From assembly GCA_051748045.1 (NCBI GenBank), contig JBNJGY010000001.1, positions 32,001-96,000 on the forward strand: 64,000 bases of DNA, given 5' to 3'. Made by a program: the position numbers and the translations under genes. Shown here in pieces: positions 41,473-51,982 of this stretch. Position 1 is the stretch's first letter. Each line of letters opens with the position of its first letter. Source of the stretch: Thermotogota bacterium (lineage in GTDB: Bacteria > Thermotogota > Thermotogae > Petrotogales > Petrotogaceae). A model generated the notes under the pieces. It had not been told where the DNA came from. It saw nothing but the letters and a program-made list of their open reading frames with translations, and did not search any database.

Positions 41473-41745
41473 TTATTTATTTTTTTTTAAATCTTTTACA
41501 AAAGCTATAATAATAGATATAATTGAGGAAAGAAAGTACAATACAGTTTGGATAAAATATTGAAAAACTAAATCAGATGTTGTATTTTGCATTTTAAAAT
41601 AAAAATATGCCATAAAGGAAAAGCCTATCAATGAAGGAATATATTTAAAAAAAGAAGCGACATCCTCTATTTGTGAAATTTTAAGTGTCGCTATTATAAT
41701 AAAAGATACAACTAATATATTTAATGCCAATATTGCAATTATCAT
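41473..41745 (-). CDS. Small three-TM hypothetical membrane protein
   Basis: 90 aa, hydrophobic; GAGGTG RBS; first gene of the long minus-strand run. Confidence 0.6.
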   Translation of the reverse strand: MIIAILALNILVVSFIIIATLKISQIEDVASFFKYIPSLIGFSFMAYFYFKMQNTTSDLVFQYFIQTVLYFLSSIISIIIAFVKDLKKNK

Positions 41746-41834
41746 TTTTTCACCTCAATTGATATAATTATCATATACATTATAATATATTTTTATTAAT
41801 TATAAAAAACTTTTTTTAAAAGGAGGTATTAAGG

Positions 41835-42515
41835 ATGAACATAGGTTTAATAATGTCAGCAGGAAAAGGAAATCGTTCAGGACTAAAATATCCAAAACAA
41901 TTTTATAGAATAAAACATAAATCTATATTAAAAATATCTGTTGAAAAACTTTTTTATCATAAAAATATTGATGAAGTGGTAGTAATTACTAGCGAAGAGT
42001 TTTTCGAAAAAACTGAAGAAGAATTAAAAACCATGGGAGATATAAAAATTGTAAAAGGTGGAGATTCTAGGCAAGAAAGTGTTTTAAACGGTTTGAAATT
42101 TATAAATGAAAATTATTCTAATGTAAATTATGTTTTCATTCATGATTCTGCAAGACCTTTCATCACCGACCACTTGATAGAAGACATCTATAAATGTGCT
42201 AAAAAAAATAATTCAGCAATACCTGTAATAGATTCAAAAGATACTATTTCTTTTGTTGAAAACGGAATTATTGAAAAAATGCTCGATAGAAAAAAAGTAA
42301 AAATACATCAAACGCCTCAAGTTTTTAACTTTGAAAAATTGTATAAAGCATATTCAAATATTGACACTCATTTAAACAGATTTACAGATGATGCATCAAT
42401 ATATTTGAATGAATATGGAAAAGTTTTTACAGTAGAGGGAGATAAGATGAATATAAAATTAACTACTCCAGAGGATTTTGCAATAGGCGAAGTAATAGTA
42501 GACAAAAGAATTTAA
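41835..42515 (+). CDS. ispD: 2-C-methyl-D-erythritol 4-phosphate cytidylyltransferase (IspD/TarI family)
   Basis: AGKGNR..PKQF, GGDSRQESV, IHDSARP, QTPQ, TDDAS and NIKLTTPED motifs. Confidence 0.88.
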   Translation: MNIGLIMSAGKGNRSGLKYPKQFYRIKHKSILKISVEKLFYHKNIDEVVVITSEEFFEKTEEELKTMGDIKIVKGGDSRQESVLNGLKFINENYSNVNYVFIHDSARPFITDHLIEDIYKCAKKNNSAIPVIDSKDTISFVENGIIEKMLDRKKVKIHQTPQVFNFEKLYKAYSNIDTHLNRFTDDASIYLNEYGKVFTVEGDKMNIKLTTPEDFAIGEVIVDKRI

Positions 42516-42528
42516 AGGGAGATTTTTT

Positions 42529-43371
42529 ATGTTATTATCAGAAATCTTAAAAATAAGAAATATCAATGATAAAAAAATAAAAATTATTAGGAATACAATT
42601 AATAGATCCTACATCAAAGAACTTTTTAACAAAGGTCTTTTTGAAGAATACCAAAGCTTTCAAAAGAGTGATATTTTCAAAAATTTTGATTATATACTTT
42701 CATTTACAGAATACAAAGGAAGTCAGTCTTTATTATATGGATTTTATAAGATAACTAATATGAAAATATTAAATGATTTTCCAGAAAATATAAAAATCAT
42801 AAAAGAAAATGAAAATTGGAATGAAGGTCCTTACTATAAATACGAATTTGAAAAAGTAGACTCATTATACGATTTAGAGGGTAGATTGATTATTGATTGG
42901 GGAAAATCAACTTTATCTTGGCACCAAAAATTATTAAACAAAGAGGTTGTTCAAATATTTCCAAAAGGGTATTTAAAAGAATTTCCTGGATACCAAAATG
43001 TCATACTCTCTTTTGATGAATTGAAAAAAATAACCAACAATCCAGATGCCAACAAACAATGGAAAAACATGTTATCAAAAATATTTGGAGTATATTTGAT
43101 ATTAGATAAAACTGATGGTAAACAATATATAGGATCAGCATATGGAAAGAATGGTATTTGGGAAAGATGGAGCCAATATGCAAAAACAAAACATGGCAAC
43201 AATAAATTGCTGATCGAATTGCTAAATAATTACCCAGAGAGATACAGAAATTTCCAATATAGTATTTTAAATGTTTTACCAAATAGTTTAATGAAAGAAG
43301 AAGTTATAGAAAAAGAAAATATTGCTAAAGATAAATTGGGATCAAAAGTTTTTGGGTTTAATGGAAATTAA
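42529..43371 (+). CDS. GIY-YIG nuclease family protein
   Basis: C-terminal GVYLILDKTDGKQYIGSAYG...RW..Y, with conserved E and terminal N. Confidence 0.85.
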   Translation: MLLSEILKIRNINDKKIKIIRNTINRSYIKELFNKGLFEEYQSFQKSDIFKNFDYILSFTEYKGSQSLLYGFYKITNMKILNDFPENIKIIKENENWNEGPYYKYEFEKVDSLYDLEGRLIIDWGKSTLSWHQKLLNKEVVQIFPKGYLKEFPGYQNVILSFDELKKITNNPDANKQWKNMLSKIFGVYLILDKTDGKQYIGSAYGKNGIWERWSQYAKTKHGNNKLLIELLNNYPERYRNFQYSILNVLPNSLMKEEVIEKENIAKDKLGSKVFGFNGN

Positions 43372-43383
43372 AAGGAGAATAAA

Positions 43384-44124
43384 ATGGAGAATTTTTTTGA
43401 AATTCACAAAGATATTCCAAGAGAAGGACCTGGTGATAACGTTTCTACAAATAAAGCATTAAAAATGGTTGAAAGTTTATCTGAAAATTCCAAAATTTTA
43501 GATATTGGTTGTGGCCCTGGCATGCAAACTATTGAATTAGCTAAAAATACAAACTCTAAAATAAAAGCTTTGGATATTTTTGAGCATTTTTTATCTAATT
43601 TAAAACAAAAAGCAAAAGAAAATAATTTAGAAAACAATATACAAACTATAAAAGGTTCTATGTTTGAACTTGATAAGCATTTCCAAAAAGAGGAGTTGGA
43701 TTTAATTTGGTCTGAAGGTGCTATTTATATTATGGGATTTGAAAAGGCTTTAAAAGATTGGAAAAAATATATAAAGCCTGGAGGATTTCTTGTTGTAAGT
43801 GAAATTACATGGTTGAAAGATGATTTACCAAAAGAGATAGAAGAATTCTGGGAAAAAGAATATCCAGATATGAAAAATTTAGATGAAAATTTAAATGTAA
43901 TAAAAAAAGAGGGGTACAATTTTGTAGATTCTTTTATCATACCAAAAACAAGTTGGTGGGATAATTACTATAATCCACTTCTAGAGAGAATACAATTTTT
44001 AGAAAAAGAGCATAAAGATAATGAAGAATGGCAAGAAGTTTTATCTGCCAATAAAAAAGAAACAGATATGTACAGAAAATATAACGATTACTATGGTTAT
44101 GTTTTTTATATTATGAAAAAATAA
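43384..44124 (+). CDS. Class I SAM-dependent methyltransferase
   Basis: PREGPG, ILDIGCGPG, DLIWSEGAIY and YGYVFY motifs. Confidence 0.9.
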   Translation: MENFFEIHKDIPREGPGDNVSTNKALKMVESLSENSKILDIGCGPGMQTIELAKNTNSKIKALDIFEHFLSNLKQKAKENNLENNIQTIKGSMFELDKHFQKEELDLIWSEGAIYIMGFEKALKDWKKYIKPGGFLVVSEITWLKDDLPKEIEEFWEKEYPDMKNLDENLNVIKKEGYNFVDSFIIPKTSWWDNYYNPLLERIQFLEKEHKDNEEWQEVLSANKKETDMYRKYNDYYGYVFYIMKK

Positions 44125-44158
44125 AATAATCTCGCATTAAATGCGAGATTATTTTATT
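44120..44158. terminator. Bidirectional terminator
   Basis: AATAAAATAATCTCGCAT-TAA-ATGCGAGATTATTTTATT. Confidence 0.87.
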
Positions 44159-44966
44159 AAAAAGCAACACCTATATTGACGTCTAATTTTAAGCCTGTTA
44201 TTGTTTTTGGTATTACTGCAGTTGGTTCAGCAACCCAGTTCAAATGATATTCTAAACCACCATTTAATAAAAATCTATTGTTTAAAAGATAAGAATATGA
44301 AACTCCGGGTTTTAAAGAAAAAACAATATGTTGAGAGTCTGGATCTATACTTGTTCTTTCTTCATCCAAAGCTACCACGTTAACTCCACCCATGCCAACA
44401 AGAGTTTTTATAATTATTCCTTCAAAAATATTTTCAAAACTATAAAATATTCCAACTCTATAAAATGCATGTTTAACATGATAAGAATTAAGCTCATCAT
44501 CATATGCCTCAAATTCATTTATCCAGCCTCCATTGTTTTGTCTACTAAAAAACGTCAGCAAATCTATCTTGACATGCTTGTTTAGTAAAAAGGCAACTGG
44601 ATCTACTGCAAAGGCATTTGTCCTTCTTTCCCACTCTCTTTTTTTATATCTATCAATAACTTCTTGAGGAATAGGTTGTGGTTCAATTTTTGTTTTTGTT
44701 TCGGGCTTGTCTTTTTCGACTTCTTTTGGTTCAGGTGGATTCAAAAGATTATTAACCTCTTCCTCTGTCAAATCTTCTTCTGATATTTTAAAAATATTGT
44801 CTTTACTAAATTGATATCGAAACCCATCTTTTATTATAACAACATTCTCATCAGTTTCTTCTTCTATTTCTCCGATAAAAAACATTCCATTGTCCAATAT
44901 TATTGTTGCAGAAATACCAAATACTGCTAGTATTAGTATGGATAAAAAAAGTAATATCTTTTTCAT
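44157..44966 (-). CDS. Hypothetical exported protein: small N-domain, Pro/Glu/Lys linker, C-terminal beta-barrel-like region ending in Phe
   Basis: Signal peptide; PPEPKEVEKDKPETKTKIEPQP linker; amphipathic strands; terminal LDVNIGVAF. Confidence 0.6.
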   Translation of the reverse strand: MKKILLFLSILILAVFGISATIILDNGMFFIGEIEEETDENVVIIKDGFRYQFSKDNIFKISEEDLTEEEVNNLLNPPEPKEVEKDKPETKTKIEPQPIPQEVIDRYKKREWERRTNAFAVDPVAFLLNKHVKIDLLTFFSRQNNGGWINEFEAYDDELNSYHVKHAFYRVGIFYSFENIFEGIIIKTLVGMGGVNVVALDEERTSIDPDSQHIVFSLKPGVSYSYLLNNRFLLNGGLEYHLNWVAEPTAVIPKTITGLKLDVNIGVAF

Positions 44967-45035
44967 TTATCCCCCTCCTTTTTTTATCACATTATATCAT
45001 AATTTTAACTTGAGTTTAACTTGATTTTATTAATC

Positions 45036-45078
45036 AAAAAAAAAAACGAAGCATCTCTTTAAAAGATCGCTTCGTTTT
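45036..45078 (-). terminator. Terminator of the dap/lys operon
   Basis: AAAACGAAGC...GCTTCGTTTT imperfect stem followed by an 11-T run on the minus strand. Confidence 0.8.
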
Positions 45079-45083
45079 AATTA

Positions 45084-46199
45084 TTAAATATTGTTTATTA
45101 TTCTTTTATAAATATCAATACCAATATCAATAACTTTCGAAGAAGGCAAAAATTTTGGATTGTGCAATCCATATTGTTTTCCTTCATTAGTTCCTAGCCA
45201 AAACATATAAGAAGGATACTTTTTTGTAAAAAAACCAAAATCTTCTCCTGTGAATTTAAATCCAACATCAGTTATTGTATATTGATCTTTCAAAATATTT
45301 TCTATCCTATCAAATAATTCTGCATCAACTGTAACTTCTTTATAGAATGAACCCATTTTAAATGATGTTTCTACTCCTGTTATAACCTCTATTCCTTTTA
45401 ATATATTTTTCATATCTTCTCTGTACTTTTCACAAGATTTTGAATCGATGCTTCTTAAAGTTCCTTCAATCTTCGCGGTAGGCGCTACTATATTTCTCAC
45501 ATTTCCAGCTTGCATTTTCCCAATACCAATAACCAATGGAATTTCTGGGTTTTTTGGCATTTTTTCAATCTCATCCAAAAAAACTCTCGCAGCATTCAGA
45601 GCATCTTTTCCTTTGTCTGGTCTAGCACAATGTGCAGCTTCTCCTTTAAAATCTATATCAAATTCCATTGCTGAAGCAAAAAGAGTCCCTTTCGTAGAAG
45701 AGACTGTTCCTATATCATACTCATCTGTTACATGTAAAGCAAAAGCATTATTTATTTTATATTTGTCTAAAAATCCTGTTTCTAATATTTTTTCAGCACC
45801 ACCACCATGCTCTTCTGCTGGCTGGAAAACAAAAATGAAATTTTTATCTATATTATTTTTTATAGTTTCTAGAATTGTTCCATATAATATTGCTGAATGA
45901 ACGTCATGACCACAAGCGTGCATATTAGAATTTTTTGACTTATAAGAAACACCGGTTTCTTCTTTTATTGGCAAAGCATCTATATCTGCTCTAAAAAGAG
46001 TATAACCTTTGTTTTTATCTTTTGTATAGACACAAATCAATCCAGTTTCTAAAACTCTAAAAAGTTCAATATTTGAATCATATTTATCTTTAACTTTTCT
46101 TATGTTGTCAACAATGAACTGAGTAGTTTTGTATTCATTGAAAGCTACTTCTGGAATTGAATGCATTTTTTCTCTAAATTCTTCTGGAGTTAATATCAT
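45084..46199 (-). CDS. M20 amidohydrolase, probable N-acetyl-L,L-diaminopimelate deacetylase
   Basis: RADIDALP, MHACGHD, FQPAEE, GEDF and LHNP motifs; last gene of the dap operon. Confidence 0.85.
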   Translation of the reverse strand: MILTPEEFREKMHSIPEVAFNEYKTTQFIVDNIRKVKDKYDSNIELFRVLETGLICVYTKDKNKGYTLFRADIDALPIKEETGVSYKSKNSNMHACGHDVHSAILYGTILETIKNNIDKNFIFVFQPAEEHGGGAEKILETGFLDKYKINNAFALHVTDEYDIGTVSSTKGTLFASAMEFDIDFKGEAAHCARPDKGKDALNAARVFLDEIEKMPKNPEIPLVIGIGKMQAGNVRNIVAPTAKIEGTLRSIDSKSCEKYREDMKNILKGIEVITGVETSFKMGSFYKEVTVDAELFDRIENILKDQYTITDVGFKFTGEDFGFFTKKYPSYMFWLGTNEGKQYGLHNPKFLPSSKVIDIGIDIYKRIINNI

Positions 46200-47314
46200 A
46201 ATAAACACCTCAATTTTTCTATAATTTTATCTATTTCATCATAGGTTATATTCAAAGCTGGTAATAACCTTATTATTTTATTTCTCAAAACATTTAATAA
46301 AATTCCATTTTCTATACCTTTTTCTATAATTTTTTCGTCAGCTTCTTTTAATTCTATTCCAATCATTAATCCCTGATTTCTGATTTCTTTTATTTTTTCT
46401 GTATTTAGTTCTTTTAATTTTTTTATAAAGTAAAAAGACTTTTCATTTATTTCAAATTTAATGTTTTCAAGGTTTTCTAAAACTACTTTAGATGCTGCTA
46501 AAGCTAAAGGATTCGGAGCAAATGTTGAGCCATGGTCTCCTATTTCTAGGTGCTGAGCAACTGAATTTTTCATTATTACAGCTCCAAGTGGTAAACCTCC
46601 TCCTAATGCTTTTGCAACTGTTATAACATCTGGTTCAATGTCATATTTTTCAAAAGCAAATTTTTCACCTGTTCTATATAAGCCAGATTGTATTTCATCT
46701 GCAACCAATAAAATCTCTTTTCTCATTGAATATTCTTTAATATAATTTATGAATTCTTCATTTATGGGAACAACTCCGCCTGAACCTTGAATTAATTCAA
46801 AGAAAACTGCCTTTATGTCAGAATGCTCTTTAAAAGTCTTTTTGAGATCATCTATATTATTAAACTCACATTCAATGGTATTAGCTAATAAAGGTCTATA
46901 TGGCTTTGTTAAATTTTCAAATCCATTGACAGACAAAGCTCCTAAAGTTCTTCCATGAAATGAATCTGAAAAGTAAAGAATTTTTGAATCACCAATTATC
47001 TTTTTTATTATTTTTAAAGCAAATTCTGTGGATTCAGTGCCTGAATTTGTGAAGAAAACTTTTTGTTTTTTGTTAGCTAATAAATCAGAAACTTTTTCTG
47101 TATTTTCATCAATAAAAAAATTTGATATATGAGTGTGTTTGTCTAATTTTTCTTTTATTGCGTTAATAACTTCTTTGTTAGAATGCCCAAGAGCCATTAC
47201 TCCAATTCCAGAAAATGTGTCTATATACTTATTTTCATCTTTGTCATAAATATATATCCCTTTAGCTTTATCTATTTTTATATTGTATGGTTTATACATT
47301 TCTAAATATTTCAT
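46196..47314 (-). CDS. Class III PLP aminotransferase (ArgD-like), probable N-acetyl-DAP aminotransferase
   Basis: NSGTES, FHGRT, DEIQSGLYRTG, AKALGGG and HGSTF motifs; embedded in the dap operon. Confidence 0.85.
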   Translation of the reverse strand: MKYLEMYKPYNIKIDKAKGIYIYDKDENKYIDTFSGIGVMALGHSNKEVINAIKEKLDKHTHISNFFIDENTEKVSDLLANKKQKVFFTNSGTESTEFALKIIKKIIGDSKILYFSDSFHGRTLGALSVNGFENLTKPYRPLLANTIECEFNNIDDLKKTFKEHSDIKAVFFELIQGSGGVVPINEEFINYIKEYSMRKEILLVADEIQSGLYRTGEKFAFEKYDIEPDVITVAKALGGGLPLGAVIMKNSVAQHLEIGDHGSTFAPNPLALAASKVVLENLENIKFEINEKSFYFIKKLKELNTEKIKEIRNQGLMIGIELKEADEKIIEKGIENGILLNVLRNKIIRLLPALNITYDEIDKIIEKLRCLL

Positions 47315-48501
47315 AATTCAAATTCCTCAGTAAGCTCTTTAACTGCATTTTCTTTATATTTTTCTTCAATTAAACAGGAAATCTTTATTTCCGATGTTGT
47401 TACTAATTTAATGGGTATAGAATTTAACCTATTGAAAAATCTATATGCAACACCTTTTTCTTTTTTCATACCTAAACCAACTATGGATAATTTGGTTAAT
47501 TTATCTTTATACTCTACTTTTATTCTTTCATGTTCTGATGTATATTTATCTAAATAATTTTTTACTTCTTCTATATTTTCATCTACTACTGAAAATGACA
47601 TATCTATACTTTTTTCATGATAAATAATACCAATCATATCTATATTTATATTATATTTCGATGCAGATTCAAAAATATCATTCACAAAAGAGTGATCATT
47701 AGGTAAATTTAGAACATTAACTTGTATCTGATTATCATCTAAACTTAATCCTGTTACCACTGGTGATTCAAATCCTACGTCCATAATAACACTTCCTTTT
47801 TCATCGCTAAAAGATGCTCCACAATATATTTTTGTGTTATATTTTTTAGCTAATTCAACTGCTCTAGAATGTAAAACATTTGCTCCTAATTTAGACATTT
47901 CCAACATCTCATCATAAGAAATATGAGATATTTTTTTTGCATTAGGATAAACCTTTGGATCTACAGTATAAATCCCAGGGAAATCTGAATATATTTCACA
48001 TTCAGAATTGAAGATTGATGCTACAGCTACAGCTGAAGTATCTGATCCACCTCTACCTAGAGTAGTGTAATCGCCTTCATCAGTTATACCTTGAAAACCT
48101 GTTAAAACTAATATCTCATTATTTTCTAGATGTTTTTCAATTTTATTTTTATCAAATTCCTGTATTATTGCTTTTGTATAAGATTCGTTCGTTGTAATCC
48201 CCGCATGATGTGCGTTTATAGATTTTGATTTTATCCCTATATCATTCAAAGCTATTGACATCAAGGAAGCTGTTATTTGTTCTCCCGTGGTCAAAAGCAT
48301 GTCCATTTCTCTAGGATTTTTTGTTTTTGAAATTTCACTAGCTAATTTAGTCAACTCATCAGTTGTTTTTCCCATCGCAGAAACTACTATAATCATTTTG
48401 TCATAATTTACAAACTTTTGAATTATTTTTTCTGCTATTATTTTTATTTTATCTGAAGAAGATAGAGAACTCCCACCATATTTTTGAACTAATATTTTCA
48501 A
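47311..48501 (-). CDS. lysC: Aspartate kinase
   Basis: VQKYGGSS, VVSAMG and TLGRGGSD motifs, ACT domains, TSEIKIS; likely TTG start at 48501. Confidence 0.94.
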   Translation of the reverse strand: MKILVQKYGGSSLSSSDKIKIIAEKIIQKFVNYDKMIIVVSAMGKTTDELTKLASEISKTKNPREMDMLLTTGEQITASLMSIALNDIGIKSKSINAHHAGITTNESYTKAIIQEFDKNKIEKHLENNEILVLTGFQGITDEGDYTTLGRGGSDTSAVAVASIFNSECEIYSDFPGIYTVDPKVYPNAKKISHISYDEMLEMSKLGANVLHSRAVELAKKYNTKIYCGASFSDEKGSVIMDVGFESPVVTGLSLDDNQIQVNVLNLPNDHSFVNDIFESASKYNINIDMIGIIYHEKSIDMSFSVVDENIEEVKNYLDKYTSEHERIKVEYKDKLTKLSIVGLGMKKEKGVAYRFFNRLNSIPIKLVTTSEIKISCLIEEKYKENAVKELTEEFEL

Positions 48502-48513
48502 AGTGAACACTTC

Positions 48514-49212
48514 CTATAATTGTCTTAAACTTGAAATCATCTGTGTTTTAGCTTTTGTTTTTAAATCAATTTTTTTAATTTCTTTTGCTGGAATCCCTGC
48601 AACTAGTGTATTTTCTGGGACATCATTTACAACTACTGAACCAGCAGCTATTACTGAACTTTTACCTACCCTTACTCCTTCAAGGACAACAACATTAGCA
48701 CCAACTAAAACATCGTCTTCAATTATAACGGGATCTGCACTTGGTGGTTCTATAACTCCAGCCAGAACTGTCCCTGCTCCAATATGACAATTTTCTCCCA
48801 CTGTCGCTCTCCCACCTAAAACTACATTCATATCTATCATTGTATTTCTACCGATTTGAGAGCCAATGTTTATAACAGCGCCCATCATTAAAACACACCC
48901 ATCACCTATTTCTACCATATCTCTTATATGAACTCCGGGTTCAATTCTTGCATTATATTTAGAATAATCAGCAAGAGGAATAGCTGAATTTAATCTATCC
49001 ATTTCTATTCTATATTGTTCTAAACTTTCTCCCAATTTATTTTTAATTTCTTCAATTTGCTTATAATCACAAAAAATCACACCTGATTTTTCGTTTCCAT
49101 AATATTCATAATCTTTTAAACCTCTATCTAAATTTACTCCTCTTAAATATAATTTCACAGGAGTTTTTTTCTCTGAATTTGATATAAAATCTATAATTTC
49201 ATTTGAATTCAT
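48514..49212 (-). CDS. dapH: Tetrahydrodipicolinate N-acetyltransferase
   Basis: KKTPVK, ARIEPG and [10 protein letters not shown] motifs plus hexapeptide repeats; ATG 49212 after AGGAG. Confidence 0.93.
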   Translation of the reverse strand: MNSNEIIDFISNSEKKTPVKLYLRGVNLDRGLKDYEYYGNEKSGVIFCDYKQIEEIKNKLGESLEQYRIEMDRLNSAIPLADYSKYNARIEPGVHIRDMVEIGDGCVLMMGAVINIGSQIGRNTMIDMNVVLGGRATVGENCHIGAGTVLAGVIEPPSADPVIIEDDVLVGANVVVLEGVRVGKSSVIAAGSVVVNDVPENTLVAGIPAKEIKKIDLKTKAKTQMISSLRQL

Positions 49213-49237
49213 TTTTTCTCTCCTTTTAAAAATTAAA

Positions 49238-49891
49238 TTATTTTTTATTAAGTATTTGTTTAAATGTATAAAAACCATTTTCTAAATTAAAAATTTTTTT
49301 TGCACTTAATAATACTCCTTTGGTAAAAGCCTCTCTTGAATATGCTCTGTGAGATATTTTAATTATTTCACCTGTATTTGCAAATTCAATTTCATGTTCT
49401 CCAAATTCTGATCCTAATCTTTTTGAATGTACTTCTTCAATCTTACTATTTAATATTTTCTCCAACAAAATAGCAGTTCCAGAAGGTTTATCTTTTTTAA
49501 ACCTATGATGAGTTTCTGTTATTTCAATATCGTATGTTTCATCAATATAATCATTCATTTTTGCTAATAATTCAGTCATTATGTTAATACCAATAGAGAA
49601 ATTAAAACTTTGAATAATTGGTACTTTTTTAGAAATTTCTTTCATTTTTTCGAAATCTGCATCCTCTAAACCTGTTGTTCCTGTTATGAGTGGAACTTCT
49701 TTTTCTTTAATAATCTTTAATGTCTCTGAAAAAGCCTCTTTTAAAGAAAAATCAATTATTACCTCAGGCTTTTCTATTAGTTCTTCTATTTCAGAATCTT
49801 TTTTATATACCAGTTCATGTCCTTCTTTTGAAAAAAGATCTTGGATCGCTTTTCCCATTTTCCCCGAATATCCAATTAATCCATATTTCAT
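49238..49891 (-). CDS. dapB: 4-hydroxy-tetrahydrodipicolinate reductase
   Basis: GYSGKMG, IDFS, GTTG and [15 protein letters not shown] motifs. Confidence 0.95.
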   Translation of the reverse strand: MKYGLIGYSGKMGKAIQDLFSKEGHELVYKKDSEIEELIEKPEVIIDFSLKEAFSETLKIIKEKEVPLITGTTGLEDADFEKMKEISKKVPIIQSFNFSIGINIMTELLAKMNDYIDETYDIEITETHHRFKKDKPSGTAILLEKILNSKIEEVHSKRLGSEFGEHEIEFANTGEIIKISHRAYSREAFTKGVLLSAKKIFNLENGFYTFKQILNKK

Positions 49892-50763
49892 ATAAGTTCC
49901 AACTTTTTCATTTCATTTGCAATTTTTTCTTCTTTTTCTTTTGATAATTTGAATAAAGGTTTTCTTAAATTATTGTTTGATAATCCTATTTGAGACATGG
50001 CATATTTTATTGGAATAGGGTTTACATCAATAAACATCAAGTTCATTAGATCTAAATATTTATAAAATAAATTTTTTGCTTCATTTATTTTACCTTCTAA
50101 AATATTTAAAGTTATTTTTTTCATAGTCTTTGGGGCTAAATTAGAAAAAACTGATATAACTCCATTTCCACCAGATAACATTAATGGTAGAACTTGATCA
50201 TCATTTCCCGATAAAACCTTCATATTTGAACTACATTTATTAATAGTATTAAGAATTTGGCTCATATCTCCGCTTGCTTCTTTAATAGCCTTTATATTTT
50301 CTATTTGAGATAGTTTTTCTGCTGTTTCTGTTTGAATATTAACTCCTGTTCTTGATGGAACATTATATAAAATTATCGGTAAATTAGTTTTACCTGCAAT
50401 ATATTCATAGTTCTTTACTAATCCATCTTGATTTGTTTTATTATAATAAGGAGTAACAATCAACAATCCATTTGCACCGTCTTTTTCAGCTAATTCATTT
50501 AGTTTTAAAATTTTTTCGGTATCATTAGATCCTGTACCTACTATTACAGGTATTTTTTTATTCGCTTTTTCTACTGCTATTTTTGTCAAATCAGTTCTTT
50601 CTTCGAGACTAATAGTTGGAGACTCCCCTGTTGTTCCTAGAACTATCAGAGCGTCTATTCCATTATTTATTTGATATTCTAACAAAGCTTCATATTTAAC
50701 ATAATCTATCTCTCCATTTTCTTTAAATGGAGTTATTAAAGCTGTTCCAACACCATTAAACAT
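49888..50763 (-). CDS. dapA: 4-hydroxy-tetrahydrodipicolinate synthase
   Basis: GTTGE, TPYYNK, LYNVPSRT and IKEASG motifs. Confidence 0.96.
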   Translation of the reverse strand: MFNGVGTALITPFKENGEIDYVKYEALLEYQINNGIDALIVLGTTGESPTISLEERTDLTKIAVEKANKKIPVIVGTGSNDTEKILKLNELAEKDGANGLLIVTPYYNKTNQDGLVKNYEYIAGKTNLPIILYNVPSRTGVNIQTETAEKLSQIENIKAIKEASGDMSQILNTINKCSSNMKVLSGNDDQVLPLMLSGGNGVISVFSNLAPKTMKKITLNILEGKINEAKNLFYKYLDLMNLMFIDVNPIPIKYAMSQIGLSNNNLRKPLFKLSKEKEEKIANEMKKLELI

Positions 50764-50764
50764 A

Positions 50765-51982
50765 TCAAAAACCTCCTAAAATTGTTTTTGTATAATCATT
50801 ATATGTTTCATCTCTTCTGATTTTTCTTATTTTTTTATCTTTGGTATAGAGATATTCAGCATGTCTTAGCTTCCCATTATAATTGAACCCCATTGAATGT
50901 GCATGAGCACCTGTATCATGAATCGCTAATATATCTCCTTCAGTCGTTAATGGTAATTTCCTATTTATTGCAAATTTATCATTATTCTCACAAAGTGAGC
51001 CAACTACATCGTATTCCTCTTTTTCATTAGACTGGAAAGATAAATTAGTAATATGGTGATAGCTTCCATACATTCCAGGTCTCATTAGATCTGACATTGC
51101 TGCATCAACACCTAAATAATTCTTAAATGTCAGTTTTTTCTTTATAACTTTAGTTATTAAATAACCTGATTGTGCAGTTATGTATCTTCCTGATTCTGTA
51201 AATATTTTAGGTTTTTTATCATTAAAAATATTCTTATAATTAGCTTCAATGCTTTTTGCTATATTAGATATATCAACTTTTTGTTCTGGTTTATATGGAA
51301 TACCTATTCCTCCGCCAATATTTATAAAATCAATAATAATTTTAAATTTATTTTGTAAATTTTTTGCAAATTCAAAAATTTCTTTTGTATATGCAGAAAA
51401 TATTTTCGGATCTTTTTCATTTGATACAACCATAGTATGCAAACCAATATTTTTTTTACCTTTTTTAGAAACAAATTCTACAGCCTTTTCGATTTGTTCT
51501 TTAGTTGAGCCAAATTTGGATTCTCTTGAATCTCCTATAATGTCATTTTTTATTCCCCCAGGATTTAAACGAAAACATAATTTATCTGGGATGATATTGT
51601 TTTTACTTAACAAATAAATATCTTCATACCAGTCAATATTTATTACACAATTTTTTTCAATAGCATACTTGTATTCTTTTAATGTTGTTAGATTAGAAGT
51701 GAACATAATATCTTCACCATTAAACCCTGAGTCAAGGGCCAACTGTATTTCGTTAACGCTTGCTGCATCAACACCACAATCATTTTCTTTCATTATTTTT
51801 AGAATATTTGGGTTAGGATTTGCTTTTATGGCAAAATACTGCTTATAATCAACCCATTTAAAGCTTTTTTTTAAACTATTTATTTTTCTTACTATAACTG
51901 ACTCATCATAAATATGAAAAGGAGTACCTTCATTTTCTGAAATCTCAAATATTTTTTGTTCTGGAATAGTTATCCTCTTCAT
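50765..51982 (-). CDS. lysA: Diaminopimelate decarboxylase
   Basis: FAIKAN, SKFG, NIGGG, ESGRY, GSLCENND and MGFNYN motifs. Confidence 0.93.
   Translation of the reverse strand: MKRITIPEQKIFEISENEGTPFHIYDESVIVRKINSLKKSFKWVDYKQYFAIKANPNPNILKIMKENDCGVDAASVNEIQLALDSGFNGEDIMFTSNLTTLKEYKYAIEKNCVINIDWYEDIYLLSKNNIIPDKLCFRLNPGGIKNDIIGDSRESKFGSTKEQIEKAVEFVSKKGKKNIGLHTMVVSNEKDPKIFSAYTKEIFEFAKNLQNKFKIIIDFINIGGGIGIPYKPEQKVDISNIAKSIEANYKNIFNDKKPKIFTESGRYITAQSGYLITKVIKKKLTFKNYLGVDAAMSDLMRPGMYGSYHHITNLSFQSNEKEEYDVVGSLCENNDKFAINRKLPLTTEGDILAIHDTGAHAHSMGFNYNGKLRHAEYLYTKDKKIRKIRRDETYNDYTKTILGGF

Noticed and set aside
45036-45046. A11 homopolymer as a phase-variation tract
   Set aside because: It is the U-tract of the dap operon terminator on the minus strand.
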